This document shows positions 43,941 to 61,099 of a stretch of DNA of 64,000 bases, piece by piece. The DNA is from the human T2T-CHM13v2.0 reference genome, Homo sapiens: assembly GCF_009914755.1 (NCBI RefSeq), contig NC_060925.1. The stretch is one strand, 5' to 3'. Position numbers and translations under genes: made by a program. The notes under the pieces were generated by a model, which worked only from the letters and a program-made list of their open reading frames with translations, did not search any database and was not told the origin of the DNA. Positions within the stretch are counted from its first letter, which is position 1, and every line of letters starts with the position of its first letter.

Positions 43941-46900
43941 AATCTTCTTAGAAGCAGAGGCTTGATTGAGAAATAGGGGATCCTTGTTAATGTTTATGCC
44001 TTGAGGAGCAACAACTGACAGTAGTTTGGGGGCCAATTGTATCAGGAGAAAACAACACATGTTTATGATCATACATCATCAAGAAAAGCCTAAGTTGTTT
44101 TAATATAGATATTTACTTAAGTAGGGAAGTAACATCTTTTGTAAAAATTAACAAAATTAACATTTTTTAAAAGTTTCTTACCAAAGTGGTGATTTCAGTT
44201 ATTTTATAAAGCTAACTATTCATCCTGGATTAATGAGATATGATTTGGAAAGATAACACTTCTATACACAAAAAAATCCATATGATAAAATATGTTACAA
44301 ACATTATGGTTCAGTGGAAACAAAGAAGGAAAAAAATATCGTTTTGAAAGAGGTTTACTTAGGGAAAATTTTCGAATAGAATTTATATCGGTAGAGAGAT
44401 CCTAAGGAGTGGGTTCTAGAAAGAAGAGAAACAGAAAATTCAGAAATGGGTAGTAATATGCTTAAGTGGAAAAGATGGAAACCTGCATTAAATAGAGCAA
44501 AGGGTCCACATTACAGCAATAAGTTTGGATAGATAGATTTGGGCCAGACCATTTGTAAGTATAGAGGTGGAAGAAATAAATGTCCTAATCTTGGTGCTTT
44601 AAGATATAGATTTACGCATTTCTTCATAATAGGAAACCCAATAACCTCAAATTGAACATGAACTATTTCTCACTCCCTGAATTACCTTTCCTACAGATAT
44701 AACATAGCTTTAGGGAAGAGTGCCTTTCCTGATACAAAATACCTAATGTCATAATAAATTCAAATTAAATAATTATGGTTTTGTGAGGCTTTTTTCCCCA
44801 AAATTACTATCAAACGCCTCAGTAAATATAGGCAATAAGACTGCACGCATCCACTACAGAAGTCATCCTGGTTCTAAATTCTACTATTGATTTAGCTATT
44901 AAAAAGGTCAGCTTCAGTAAGACTGCTGGCCAGAACAACCCCAGTGGGAGATAGCCTACCTATTACAACAAAGGGATTTAAATAGGTTTTTAGCCAAGCC
45001 CTTTGCTTCTGTGAGTCTGAGGAACATAAATAAATAAAATTTCTTTCCAGACAAAAATTGAGAGATTGCTCTACTTGAAAAAAAATCAAAAGTAAATTGT
45101 CTAAGACATTTATTAAATAACTGTTTAGTGGTAATATGCAGCAGGATAATGTTCACACAAATCAATAGAATTATCAATGGCTTTGATATATTTATTTATA
45201 ACATTTACAAACACACAAAACTGGAAAATTAGAGGTAATGAATTGAACATTAGGATGAAGATTCAATAAGGTATTAAACTTGAACTAAGGGTTAAGTATG
45301 AAATGTTAATGGAGCTGTGTTAAGACCTATATACAGTTTCAAAAAAAATTATATAAATACTTAATATGCTTCAAGATAGGATCACATTCAAAAAGCATTC
45401 ACTTGGCTGAAATTATAACCTACCACTAGTAAGATTTCATTTAACATACTTCCTTACATTTTAATAATGCTGTGCATTTTTCAGAGGTCTTTATTTAGCG
45501 TTAGCAACAAGCCAGTGAAATGTGGCAGCGGCAAACATTCCTTGAGTTCCTCACTATGTGGGCTGGTGCTTTATCTTGTTCAAGACTCAGACCAAATTTC
45601 TGTGAGATAGGTGCTACTATTATCCCTGCTTTACAGGTCAGCAAGCAGGTTTTTAGAGTAACTTGCTCAAGGAGCTTGTTTTATGCATTTGAATTTTCCC
45701 AGTGCTGAGCACTTTATAAAACACAGAGAAAAAACTAAAATTATTGTGTGTGAGAGAGTGTGTGTTTTAGTTTAAGGAAAGGATTTTCCAACAAAACAAG
45801 AGAAAGAAAATGGGAATAAAATAAGTAGCCAATCACAGGACTGTGAAAGAGAAAAAATCTACAGCCATTTCTCACTCAAAAATCTATTGTCCTATCATTT
45901 AAAAATAAACATTTAGTACATTGATTTTAAATTATCTTAAATGTTTCCCTCAAAATTTAAGGCAAGATTATAGAAAACATTAACTAAATTAAGAAAAGCA
46001 GATCCAAGTAAACAATTAGAAGAATTATAACTATACATCTTTCATCTCCAGGAATTATAAATACCTCAGGAATGATTTTCTGTTTCAGTGAATAAAAAGA
46101 TATGTAATTAGTTTATTATTTATTCATTTATACCTTTCTTTGTTTCAAAAGACATTTAAGAAATTTATAGAATTTCATGCAATTTATGGTGAAATATGTA
46201 ATGAAATCAAGGGGAAAAAAAGAACAGCTGGGTGGAAAAGGCTATAATAAAGCCCAGGAGAAAAATTAGTAAACAGGATAGCTGCTGAGAGATCCTGCAT
46301 GGTGAGAGAAAAATGCTTCTGTGAATTTTCTAACACCCTACACAGACAAAGGCTGTCAGCTTTTTGGTTTGCCATGTCATACAGTAAAGCAAACCACTCA
46401 CTTGGGAGAAAAACACAATATGTGGTATGAAGAAGAGAAAAAAATTATCCTACATAACATTACAAGTGTGTGACATTCTCCACTTAGAGTGAACAAGATG
46501 AAAAGTTTCAGCAATGTAGGCAGATAGGTTCATTGCAATGTGCAACTGAGCATTAAAAATGTCAGTTGACACAGGTATCTGCTGACCTGTCTTTTAAAAG
46601 GGTATATTTTAGAGCAGATTCCAGAAAAATTAATAACTTGCATATTTTCATATAGTCATTCATATATGTGATTTCTCTTAAGAAAATTTTTATTTCATTA
46701 TTATCAAAGGTATGTTTGGATCTGTAGGGAGATGATCAGACAATATGTTAAAAGTAGTTATACCAGAGACACCTAATTTAATCCATCAAGTATTCTGCCC
46801 TATTTATTTTTAAAATGTATTTTTCTGTAGCCTCTCCATCATGCTCTCTTCAATTCCTCAGAAACAACTGTCTTCAACTTCTCTACTTGTTTTTGTTTGT

Positions 46901-48364
46901 TTTTTTGTTGTTGTTGTTTTGTTTTTTGGTGGGCAATTATATAGCAAAAAACAAACACAAAAAGTTGAAATAGTTATTTATTGATTTTTCCATTTTAGGC
47001 ATTATCTATTGACTTTGCCAAAAAAGTAAAGATTTAGAATTCTTTCATCTCACATATGTATCCTTTTTTCCCCACTCCATCTTTACAATATAATATCATA
47101 ACTAATTTACGTTAACATGTAGTGTTAATTTAATATAGTTTATAACTACAGAAACACTCTTCACGGTGGAACTATATAATACAATTAGATTTTCTTTCTT
47201 ATACCAATTTTTGTGTTCCCTGGAGTTCATTTATTTTCCATTCATAAATCGCTGTTGAACCCCAGCACTGTTCTTCCTGCTTGGAATGCATCAGTAAACA
47301 AAGCAGATTAAAATTCACACTATTATGGAGCTTACATTCTGGTAGAAAAAGACAAAGATGATAACGAATCTAATATTAATAAGCATTATAAATAAACTAT
47401 GTACTATATTAGGTGATAAGTACCATGAAGAAAAGGAAATTGGGAGTGATAGTGGAATGTAAAGTTTTAAGTATATGAACATGCACATTCATATAAAGAT
47501 TCCATTTCCTAGCTCTGTCTGTTGAGGAGGTCTATAAGCCAAGACAACCGAATTGCAATCAGCATACTTAGTACCAGGGTATTGCTTTCTTAAACATGTT
47601 ATGAAACTTACATACAGTTATTTGAAAGCCCCTACTCTGGTACATGATAGGTTGCAAGTGAACAGAAAGCAGTACTTATTTTTATTATATTCTTCTTTCT
47701 CTTGTTGCTGTAGTTATCCTTCTTTTGAGACAAAGGAATAGGATATTGTTCATGGTTCTCATTCTCTAGTGTCATTTCATTAAATACCATTCTTCATTGA
47801 AAGGAATTAGGGCTTCTTGGAGAAACAGCTGATTGCAGGGCTGAGGCAAGGAAAGTACACAATGAAGCCAGGAACATCTTGTTATGCCAAAAATTTTGGA
47901 AGCATCCAAAAATGGAGGGGATATGTCAAAAGGACACAAAAGCCAGCTTAAAGTGGTCCCCACTGAACAAATCAGGGACAAGATGAGCATCAACATAATC
48001 TATAGAGCCAGAATCCATGCATCCACACTGACAAAAAGAAAGGTAGGAGTAGGGGCCCTTTCTTCCAATAGAAAGCCGACTAATAAATAGCAACAGAATG
48101 ATATCATTAGAAAATCATCAGTTGGCAACTACTTTTTTTAATTTTTTTATTTTATTATTATTATATTTTAAGTTTTAGGGTACATGTGCACAACATGCAG
48201 GTTAGTTACATATGTATACATGTGACATGCTGGTGTGTTGCAGCCATTAACTCGTCATTTAGCTTTAGGTATATCTCCTAAAGCTATCCCTCCCCCCTCC
48301 CCCCACCCCACAACAGTCCCCAAAGTGTGATGTTCCCCTTCCTGTGTCCATGTGTTCTCATTGT

Positions 48365-52183
<3,819 letters not shown>

Positions 52184-52246
52184 TATGACGATAGTTGGTT
52201 AGTTTGCTCGTTAGTTGATGCAGTTTCTTCCTAGCTTCGATGGTCT

Positions 52247-53263
52247 TTACAATTTGGCATGATTTTGCAGTGGCTGGTACTGGTTGTTCCTTTCCATGTT
52301 TAGTGCTTCCTTCAGGAGCTCTTTTAGGGCAGGCCTGGTGGTGACAAAATCTCTCAGCATTTGCTTCTCTGTAAAGTATTTTATTTCTCCTTCACTTATG
52401 AAGCTTAGTTTGGCTGGATATGAAATTCTGGGTTGAAAATTCTTTTCTTTAAGAATGTTGAACATTGGCCCCCACTCTCTTCTGGCTTGTAGAGTTTCTG
52501 CCAGGAGATCAGCTGTTAGTCTGATGGGCTTCCCTTTGTGGGTAACCCGACCTTTCTCTCTGGCTGCCCTTAGCATTTTTTCCTTCATTTCAACTTTGGT
52601 GAATCTGACAATTATGTGTCTTGGAGTTGCTCTTCTCGAGGAGTATCTTTCTGGCGTTCTCTGTATTTCCTGAATCTGAATGTTGGCCTGCCTTGCTAGA
52701 TTGGGGAAGTTCTCCTGGATAATATCCTGCAGAGTGTTTTCCAACTTGGTTCCATTCTCCCTGTCACTTTCAGGTACACCAATCAGACGTAGATTTGGTC
52801 TTTTCACATAGTCCCATATTTCTTGGAGGCTTTGTTCGTTTCTTTTTATTCTTTTTTCTCTAAACTTCCCTTCTCGCTTCATTTCATTCATTTCATCTTC
52901 CATCACTGACACCCTTTCTTTCAGTTGATTGCATCAGCTCCTGAGGCTTCTGCATTCTTCACGTAGTTCTCGAGCCTTAGCTTTCAGCTCCATCAGCTCC
53001 TTTAAGCACTTCTCTGTATTGGTTATTCTAGTTATACATTCATCTAAATTTTTTTCAAAGTTTTTAACTTCTTTGCCTTTGGTTTGAATTTCCTCCTGTA
53101 GCTCGGAGTAGTTTGATCGTCTGAAGCTTTCTTCTCTCAACTCGTCAAAGTCATTCTCTGTCCAGCTTTGTTCCATTGGTGGTGAGGAACTGCGTTCCTT
53201 TGGAGGAGGAGAGGCACTCTGCTTTTTAGAGTTTCCAGTTTTTCTGCTCTGTTTTTTCCCCAT
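52247..53263 (-). pseudogene. L1 ORF1 with a single in-frame nonsense codon
   Basis: 1017 nt from MGKKQSRK to NHAKL. TGA at 52936-52934 (likely CGA>TGA); the downstream ORF is in the same frame. Confidence 0.93.
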
Positions 53264-54297
53264 CTTTGTGGTTTTATCTACTTTTGGTCTTTGATGATGG
53301 TGATGTACAGATGGGTTTTTGGTGTGGATGTCCTTTCTGTTTGTCAGTTTTCCTTCTAACAGACAGGACCCTCAGCTGCAGGTCTGTTGGAGTTTGCTAG
53401 AGGTCCACTCCAGAACCTGTTTGCCTGGGTACTAGAAGTGGTGGCTGCAGAACAGCGGATTTTCATGAACCGCGAATGCTGCTGTCTGATCATTCCTCTG
53501 GAAGTTTTGTCTCAGAGGAGTACCCGGCCATCTGAGGTGTCAGTGTGCCACTACTGGGGGGTGCCTCCCAGTTAGGCTGCTCGGGGGTCAGGGGTCAGGG
53601 ACCCACTTGAGGAGGCAGTCTGCCCGTTCTCAGATCTCCAGCTGTGTGCTGGGAGAACCACTGCTCTCTTCAAAGCTGTCAGACAGGGACATTTAAGTCT
53701 GCAGAGGTTACTGCTGTCTTTTTGTTTGTCTATGCCCTGCCCCCAGAGGTGGAGCCTACAGAGGCAGGCAGGCCTCCTTGAGCTGTGGTGGGCTCCACCC
53801 CCTTCCAGCTTCCCGGCTGCTTTGTTTACCTAAGCAAGCCTGGGCAATGGCGGGTGTCCCTCCCCAGCCTTCCTGCCGCCTTGCAGTTTGATCTCAGACT
53901 GCTATGCTAGCAATCAGTGAGACTCCGCGGGTGTAGGACCCTCTGAGCCAGGTGCGGGATATAATCTCCTGGTATGCCGTTTTTTTAAGCTCATCGGAAA
54001 AGCACAGTATTAGGGTGGGAGTGACCCGATTTTCCAGGTGCCATCTGTCACCCCTTTCTTTGACTAGGAAAGGGAACTCCCTGACACCTTGCACTTCCCG
54101 AGTGAGGCAACACCTCGCCCTGCTTCGGCTGGTGCATGGTGCGCTGCACCCAGTGTCCTGCGCCCACTGTCTGGCACTCACTAGTGAGATGAACCCGGTA
54201 CCTCAGATGGAAATGCAGAAATCACCCATCTTCTGCGTTGCTCACGCTGGGACCTGTAGACCGGAGCTGTTCCTATTTGGCCATCTTTGCTCTCCCC
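53264..54297 (-). promoter_or_regulatory. L1 5'UTR internal promoter and antisense promoter region
   Basis: Complete 5'UTR. YY1 core AAGATGGCC retained at 54287-54279. Many CpGs decayed, so activity is unknown. Confidence 0.7.
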
Positions 54298-56169
54298 CAG
54301 TTGGCAACTATTATGACAGTTAGTTTAGGCAAGAATTAGCAAAGGATGCTAAAACTAGAGGACAAAATTTAAGGGAATAACAGAATATTTACATAGTGTC
54401 AAAGTATCTACCCCCAGGATACATACTAACTGCAAAGGATAAAATAGTAACTTCATAGGGGAAAAACCTGGCAGACACCATCTTAATCAAGTTTAATATA
54501 TTTGATAATGAGACTAATTGATAGTTTGTGCTTCCTGATATAATGCAGTAAGAATTCAGCATCACATCTATAATATTCCTGCCAAACGTGCATAAACTAA
54601 ATTTAATCCCGAGAAAACACCAGACAAACCCAAACTGAGAAACAGTCTACTGAATAAATGGCCTTGCTCTTCAAGAGTGTCAATGTCATGAAAGACAAAG
54701 ACTTAAGAAGATTCAAATTAAAAGATATTTAAGATATATGGTAACCAAATATAATACATGACCTTGGGTTTACTTTGTCTAGCAGAACATTACTGTATAA
54801 AGTCTGAATGAAGTCTATATAAAGACAAATTTGAATAAATCTCACAGATTATATAACAGATAATATGTAATATACTGCATAAATAATCATATGATACTAA
54901 TGTTAATCTCTTAATATTATAATTGCACTGTTGTAAGACAATTTCTTTTTTTTTCTTTTGGTAATACATATTAAAATATTTAGAGGTAAAGAGTCATCAC
55001 CTTTGCAACTTACTGTTAAAAGGTTCTGGAAAACAAATATATATATAGCAGTAATTATAGCGTGTTTAATAATTGAAAAGACTCATCATACTCCACAGCA
55101 TACTCACATAAGACATTTAAAAGAGTAAAGAATGTAGTACAGCAGGAAAATCACAGGCCAACATCAGAGCAACCTGAGACTTCCAGTTCTGGTTCCCAGG
55201 GTTTTTTCTCAGTCTCGCAGAACACATTTCATCTTCAGATCATGAATCACAAAGACTGTGTGAGACATCTTTTCAGTGGCATCACAGTCGCACCTGAGCA
55301 AGAGTTTTTAATATCACACTGATCACACAGCCAAAAGCAAGTTGCATGACCAGGCTCAATAGCAAAAACTACATGAAAACAATCAATCTGTACGTTTTCT
55401 GAAATAAATGCTGATAAACTGCTAAGGTTGTTCCTGATGTTTTTCAGACCCTAGTACAGATCTGTATCAATCACTAGTTAGCATATTTCATTCAGGTTTG
55501 GCCAGTGGTCGGCACTATGGCTCTAGGGAACTTGAAGATAAGTACAGGGATACAACAGCACAACTGAAATTAGACCTATACTTATATAGTCCAAGCCCCT
55601 GACCCTTGGTCAGCTTTCTAAATTCCAAACCACATAGCATTATTCTTTTTGCATCTTTCAACATTTACAGAATAAAAGAAGTAGAAAGATACGCACCCAA
55701 ACACTAATCATTTGTATCTTCCATTGAGGAGTAGGCATTGCTTTACATTCATTTGAGTTTACGAAATATTCCACCATAGGCATTCAAAATCATGTACAAA
55801 CTTGACAGCTCCTTGCTAAATATGAGCTTTCTGAAAGTTATCAATATAAACAAATTTAATGTAACAGTTGATTGATGATTAACAAAATCTGTCAAAATCT
55901 GTTCTTTCTCTAACCAATCAGCTTTCATGAGAAGAACAGCTCGTGGGAGCTTTTTCATTCCCCCAGTAAATCGCAGCACTGACGTCAGCTTATCATAGGT
56001 TCGTTAAAATCAAATTAACGTTACCAGTTATACTAGTGTTACACCAAAATCCAGTTACATTATGAGTTATCCTAAGATCCTAACAAGATTAATCAGAATA
56101 TCAATAGAATTTTCTTACCCTTCTAAAAAAAATGATATTTGCACAGATATTGTCATGGACTGAACTGTC

Positions 56170-56459
56170 TAGATATAAAAACAGATAGAGATAGATATAG
56201 ATGATAGAGATGTGGATGGGGAGACACAATATATTGTATATATATGAAAGAAAGATAAAAGATAAATTTGTATGTACATATATATTTATATATACATAAA
56301 TATATAGATAAATTTATATATGTATATTTATATATAGTGTGTATACAACTGTATATACACTATATATGGTGTATGTTTATATATACAACTATATATACAA
56401 CTGTATACACACCATATATATAGTGTGTATACACTGTATATAGTTAGATAATGTGTATA
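56170..56459. repeat. TA/GA-rich low-complexity tract with inverted repeats
   Basis: Directly visible (gata, tatata, gtgtatac, caactgtata units). Confidence 0.9.
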
Positions 56460-56821
56460 CAGTTGTCCCTTCCATAGGTACCAAATTTGTGGATGCTCCA
56501 GTCCTTGAAATAAAATGATGTAGTATTTCATATAACCTATGCACATGCTCTGTATGTTTTAAATCATCTCTAGATTATTTATAATACCTAATACAATGTA
56601 AAGTCTATGTAAATAATTGTTGTATTGTTATACATTATTCCTGTATTCCATTATTCTGGTATAATGTATTCCTGTTATACGTTATTCCTCCCTTTTTAGA
56701 GAATAATGATGAGGAAAAGAAGTCTTTACATGTTCAGTACAGTTGCATTATTTTCAAATATTTTCTATGCGTGGTTGATTAAATCCATGTATGTGGAACT
56801 CATAAATACTGAGGGCTGACT
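56460..56821 (+). mobile_element. MER2 TcMar-Tigger MITE
   Basis: TA|CAGTTGTCCCT start and gagggctgact end. Internal ggatgctccagtcctt...ttaaatcatctctagattatttataatacctaatacaatgtaaa. Confidence 0.88.
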
Positions 56822-56840
56822 TTCTCTCTCTCTCTCCGTG

Positions 56841-56891
<51 letters not shown>
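56822..56891 (+). repeat. (CT)n-(GT)n compound microsatellite
   Basis: Directly visible. Followed by an MLT2-like terminus (ctattggtttagcttctttgaagaaacttgaccaata). Confidence 0.97.
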
Positions 56892-56893
<2 letters not shown>

Positions 56894-58080
56894 TCTATTG
56901 GTTTAGCTTCTTTGAAGAAACTTGACCAATATATGTGGTTTTTGTTGGTACATGGGGTCTTGCAAGTTAGAAAGCCACCCATATAAATTACGTTTTTCAT
57001 TTATAAATTGCAATTTACTAGAGATATCATAAGTCTCCCACAAATTTATTCCCTGGCTTCTACTGCCAAAATTTTGGCTATTTTCCTTGAGCTAAATAAT
57101 AGTCCCTCTGAGGTCAGCCTGCATACTGTTCCCCATTTATGCCCCCCTAGCAAACTGGCTGCCTATCTGTTGAGTTTGTTTTACCTGTTTTCCTAAAGCT
57201 GTGTTGTCTGTCCAGGCCAATTGCCATCCTTTTCCTTTTTTTCCAAAATAGCATCATTTCAGCATTCAATATGGCAAATAAATCTTTTTTCTCAATACAG
57301 CTCTCTTATTAAAGGTAAATGTGATTTGTTCTAGGACATGGATCTGTACCAATTTCTTCTAATTCCCTTTTAGAATATTTTTTTACTGATGTTTATTTTT
57401 CCACCAAATGTTTCATTGTCACTGAGGACTTAGTATTAGAGTATAATTTAATTACATAAATTTCCATTTCCATTTTCCCAATAAATCTGAACACTGATAT
57501 CAATGTCCCAGGACAGTGTGACATAGTTAATAGTCACCCTCAAATATACTCCACTTTGAACATCCCATAGAGTTTATCATAGGTGCCCTTGGTGAGTATC
57601 AGAGCTATCAGCAGTATGTAGATGACTTCACCCTGTCATCCCTAAACAGTGGTTCCAGTTTTTCATCTTTTCTTTACTTTAGCCATTGGTCTCCACTTAT
57701 AGCAACATGCCTATAAACACAAGGAAACATGAGAGAATGTTTTATGTCCACTTATTCCAGGCACTTTTCAACAGATCATCACTTAGGTTAATAGTTACAC
57801 AGTGGCTCTGTTATAGAACAAGGTCTTTGTGTGCATACAGGAGCAACAATCCCCACATGTTACCTTCTAATAGGAGTCCTCTGTAGTGCACATAACATCA
57901 AATGAAAACAAAAGACAAAGCAAAATAGAATTATTCCAAGTGCTCATCCACAAGGCCTTAAGGTCATCAAGGTACATCACGTAGCCAACTCTATATTGAA
58001 TGCTAGGATCCATCCTTGACCTTTAGCTCCAAATAAAGGAGTATATTTTTACAGGCAAATAGATTCCTTCCTCTAGGATT

Positions 58081-58248
58081 CAGGGCTGGTTTCAAGAGTT
58101 TGAGACCTGTGCAGTTGTACAGCGCCTCATGCTTACAAGAGACATACTTGGTTTAATGCTTGACTGACTACAAATGCTTTATCATTTCTGAACAAAATGC
58201 CTTGCATTTTTATTTGCACTGGGCTCTGCAAATTTTGTAGCCAGTCCC
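58081..58248 (+). mobile_element. MER45A-like hAT-Tip100 MITE
   Basis: CAGGGCTGGTTTC...gacctgtgcagttgtacag...cttggtttaatgct...ttgcactgggctctgcaaattttgtagccagtccc. Confidence 0.8.
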
Positions 58249-58765
58249 ATGTTCATGTGTAAATACAGCCTACAGATAGTATCATTCCCTTGCTCTCAGC
58301 ATCTCACAACGAAGCGAGGTAATGTTAGCTTTCCCTTTTAGCATTATCTATTTATTTACTCTCTTTGCATCAGCAGTTATTTCACCTTCTTTCCATTTGT
58401 CATTAACTTTAATTCAGACCCTTTGCCATGGAAAATAAACACCAGATTCAGCAAGAGGAATGACCTGCAACACAGGTAGCAAGTGCTTCATCCTTTCTCT
58501 GGAATAGGATTGGAAAAGTACATTTTTTTATTCACTGTGTAGGAAAAAGGCAGACACCATTAATTTCAACTTAGACAGGTGAGAAATAAACACCCCTCCC
58601 ACCATTTCTCTATAGATTTGACAGTTATATTTAGATATATTATCATACTGTCATGCTTGGCAATTGATCCTTTCTCTGGAACTCATAGATGAAATACAGA
58701 TCCCAGCACTATATAATCAGGCAGAGAAAAAGAAAATAAAGTAAAAAGGAAGTTTACATAAAGTT

Positions 58766-58868
58766 TTTTTTATTATACTTTAAGTTCTAGGGTACATGTG
58801 TACAACATGCAGGTTTGTTAGATATGTATACGTGTGCCATGTTGGTGTGTAAATGACAAGTTAATGGG
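58766..58868 (-). mobile_element. Tiny L1PA6-like insertion with ~20-bp 5' inversion
   Basis: 58766-58849 is the antisense L1 terminus. 58848-58869 tgtaaatgacaagttaatgggt is the adjacent L1 3'UTR in sense orientation. TSD tacataa[a/g]gt[t/c]tt at 58755 and 58869. Confidence 0.85.
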
Positions 58869-58885
58869 TACATAAGGTCTTATAT

Positions 58886-61099
58886 ATGTTTTTCCTGTAT
58901 TTCTTCCAAAAAAAAAACTGGATACATGTGCAGAATGTACAGGTTTGTTACATAAGTATACATGTGCAGTGGTGGTGGTATGCTACACCTATCGACTCAT
59001 CCTCTAAGTTCCCTCACCTCACCCTCCATCCCCAACAGGTCCTGGTGTGTGTTGTTCCCCACCCTGTGTCCACGTATTCTCATTGTTCAACTCCAACTTA
59101 TGAGTGAGAACATGCAGTGTTTGGCTTTCTGTTCCTGTGTTAGTTTGTGGAGAATGATGGCTCCCTGCTTCATCCATGCCCCTGCAAAGGACATGATCTC
59201 ATTCCTTTTTATGGCTCTATGGTATTCCATGGTGTGTTTGTACCACATTTCATTTATCCAGTCTATCACTGATGAGTATTTGGATTGGTTCCATGTCTTT
59301 GCTATTGTAAATAGTGCTGCAGTAAACATACATGTGCATGTGTCTTTATAGTAGAATGATTTATAATCCCTTGGGTATATACCCAGTAATGGGATTGCTG
59401 GGTCAAATGGTATTTCTGGTGTTAGATCCTTGAGAAATCACCATACTATCTCCCACAATGGTTGAACTAATTTACATTCCCACCAACAGTGTAAAAGCAT
59501 TCCTATTTTTCCACAGCCTCACCAGCATCTATCATTTCCTGACTTTTTAATAATTGCCATTCTGACTGGCATGACATGGTATCTCATTGCGGTTTTGATT
59601 TACATTTCTCTGATGATCAGGGATGTTGAGCTTTTTTTCATATGTTCGTTGGCCACATAAATGTCTTCTTTTGAGATGTGTCTGTTCATATCCTTTGCCC
59701 ACTTTTTGATGGAGTTGTGTATTTTCTTCTTGTATATTTGTTTAAGTTCCTTGTAAATTATGGATATTACACCTTTGTCAGATGGGTAGATTGCAAAAAT
59801 TTTCTCCCATTCTATAGGTTGCCTGTTCACTCTGATGATAGTTTATTTTGCTGTGAAGAAGCTCTTTAGTTTAATTAGATCTCATTTGCCAATTTCGGCT
59901 TTTGTTGAAACTGCTTTTGGCATTTTGTCATGAAGTCTTTGTCCATGCCTATGTCCTGAATGGTATTGCCTAGGTTTTCTTCTAGGTTTTTTATGGTTCG
60001 GGGTTTTACATTTTAAGTCTTCAATCCATCTTGAGTTAATTTTTGTATATGGTGTAAGGAAGGGGTCCAGTTTCAGTTTTCTTTTTATGGCTAGCCAGTT
60101 TTCCCACAACCATTTACTGAATAGGAGATCCTTTCCCCATTGCTTGTTTTTGTCAGGTTTGTTGAAGATCAGATGGTTATAGATGTGTGGTGATATTTCT
60201 AAGGTCTCTGTTCTGCTCCATTGGTCTACATGTCTGTTTTGGTATTAGTACCATGGTGTTTTTGTTACTGTAGCTTTGTAGTATAGTTTGAAGTCAGGTA
60301 GCATGATGCCTCCAGCTTTATTCTTTTTGCTTAGGATTGTCTTGGCTATATGGGGTCTTCTTTGATTCCACATGAACTTTAAAATAGTTTTTTCTAATTC
60401 TGTGAAGAATGTCAATGGTAGTTTGATGGGAATAGTATTGAATCTATAAATTACTTTGGGCCGTATGGTCATTTTCACGATATTAATTCTTCCTATCCAT
60501 GAGCATGGAATGTTTTTCCATTTGTTTGTGTCCTCTCTTATTTCCTTGAATAGTGGTTTGTCATTCTCTTTGAAGAGGTCCTTCACATCCCTTGTTAGCT
60601 GTATTCCTAGGTATTTTATTCTCTTTGCAGTGATTGTGAATGGGAGTTCATGATTTGGCTCTCTGCTTGCCTATTGTTGGTGTAAAGGAATGCTTGTCAT
60701 TTTTGCACATTGATTTTTGTATCCCGAGACTTTGCTAAAATTGCTTATCAGTTCAAGAAGTTTTGGGGCTGAGATGATGGGGTTTTCTAAATATAAAATC
60801 ATGTCATCTGCAAACAGAGACAACTTGACTTCCCCTCTTCCTATCTGAATACTTTTTATTTATTTCTCTTGCCTGATTGCCGGGGCCAGAACTTCCAATA
60901 CTATGTTGAATAGGAGTAGTGAGAGAGGGCATCTTTGTCTTGTACCGGTTTTCAAAGGGAATGCTTCCAGGTTTTGCCCATTTAATATGATATTGGCTGT
61001 TGGTTTGTCATAAATAGCTCTTATTATTTTGAGATATGTTCCATTAATACCTAGTTTATTGAGACTTTTTAACATGAAGGGATGTTGAATTTTATCAAG
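58886..61099 (-). mobile_element. L1PA8A-like LINE-1, 5'-truncated (~2.2 kb)
   Basis: Antisense 3'UTR (tcctctaagttccctc...ggtgtgtgttgttcccc) and ORF2 fragments. TSD taa[g/a]gtcttatat at 58873-58885 and 61100-61112. Confidence 0.92.
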
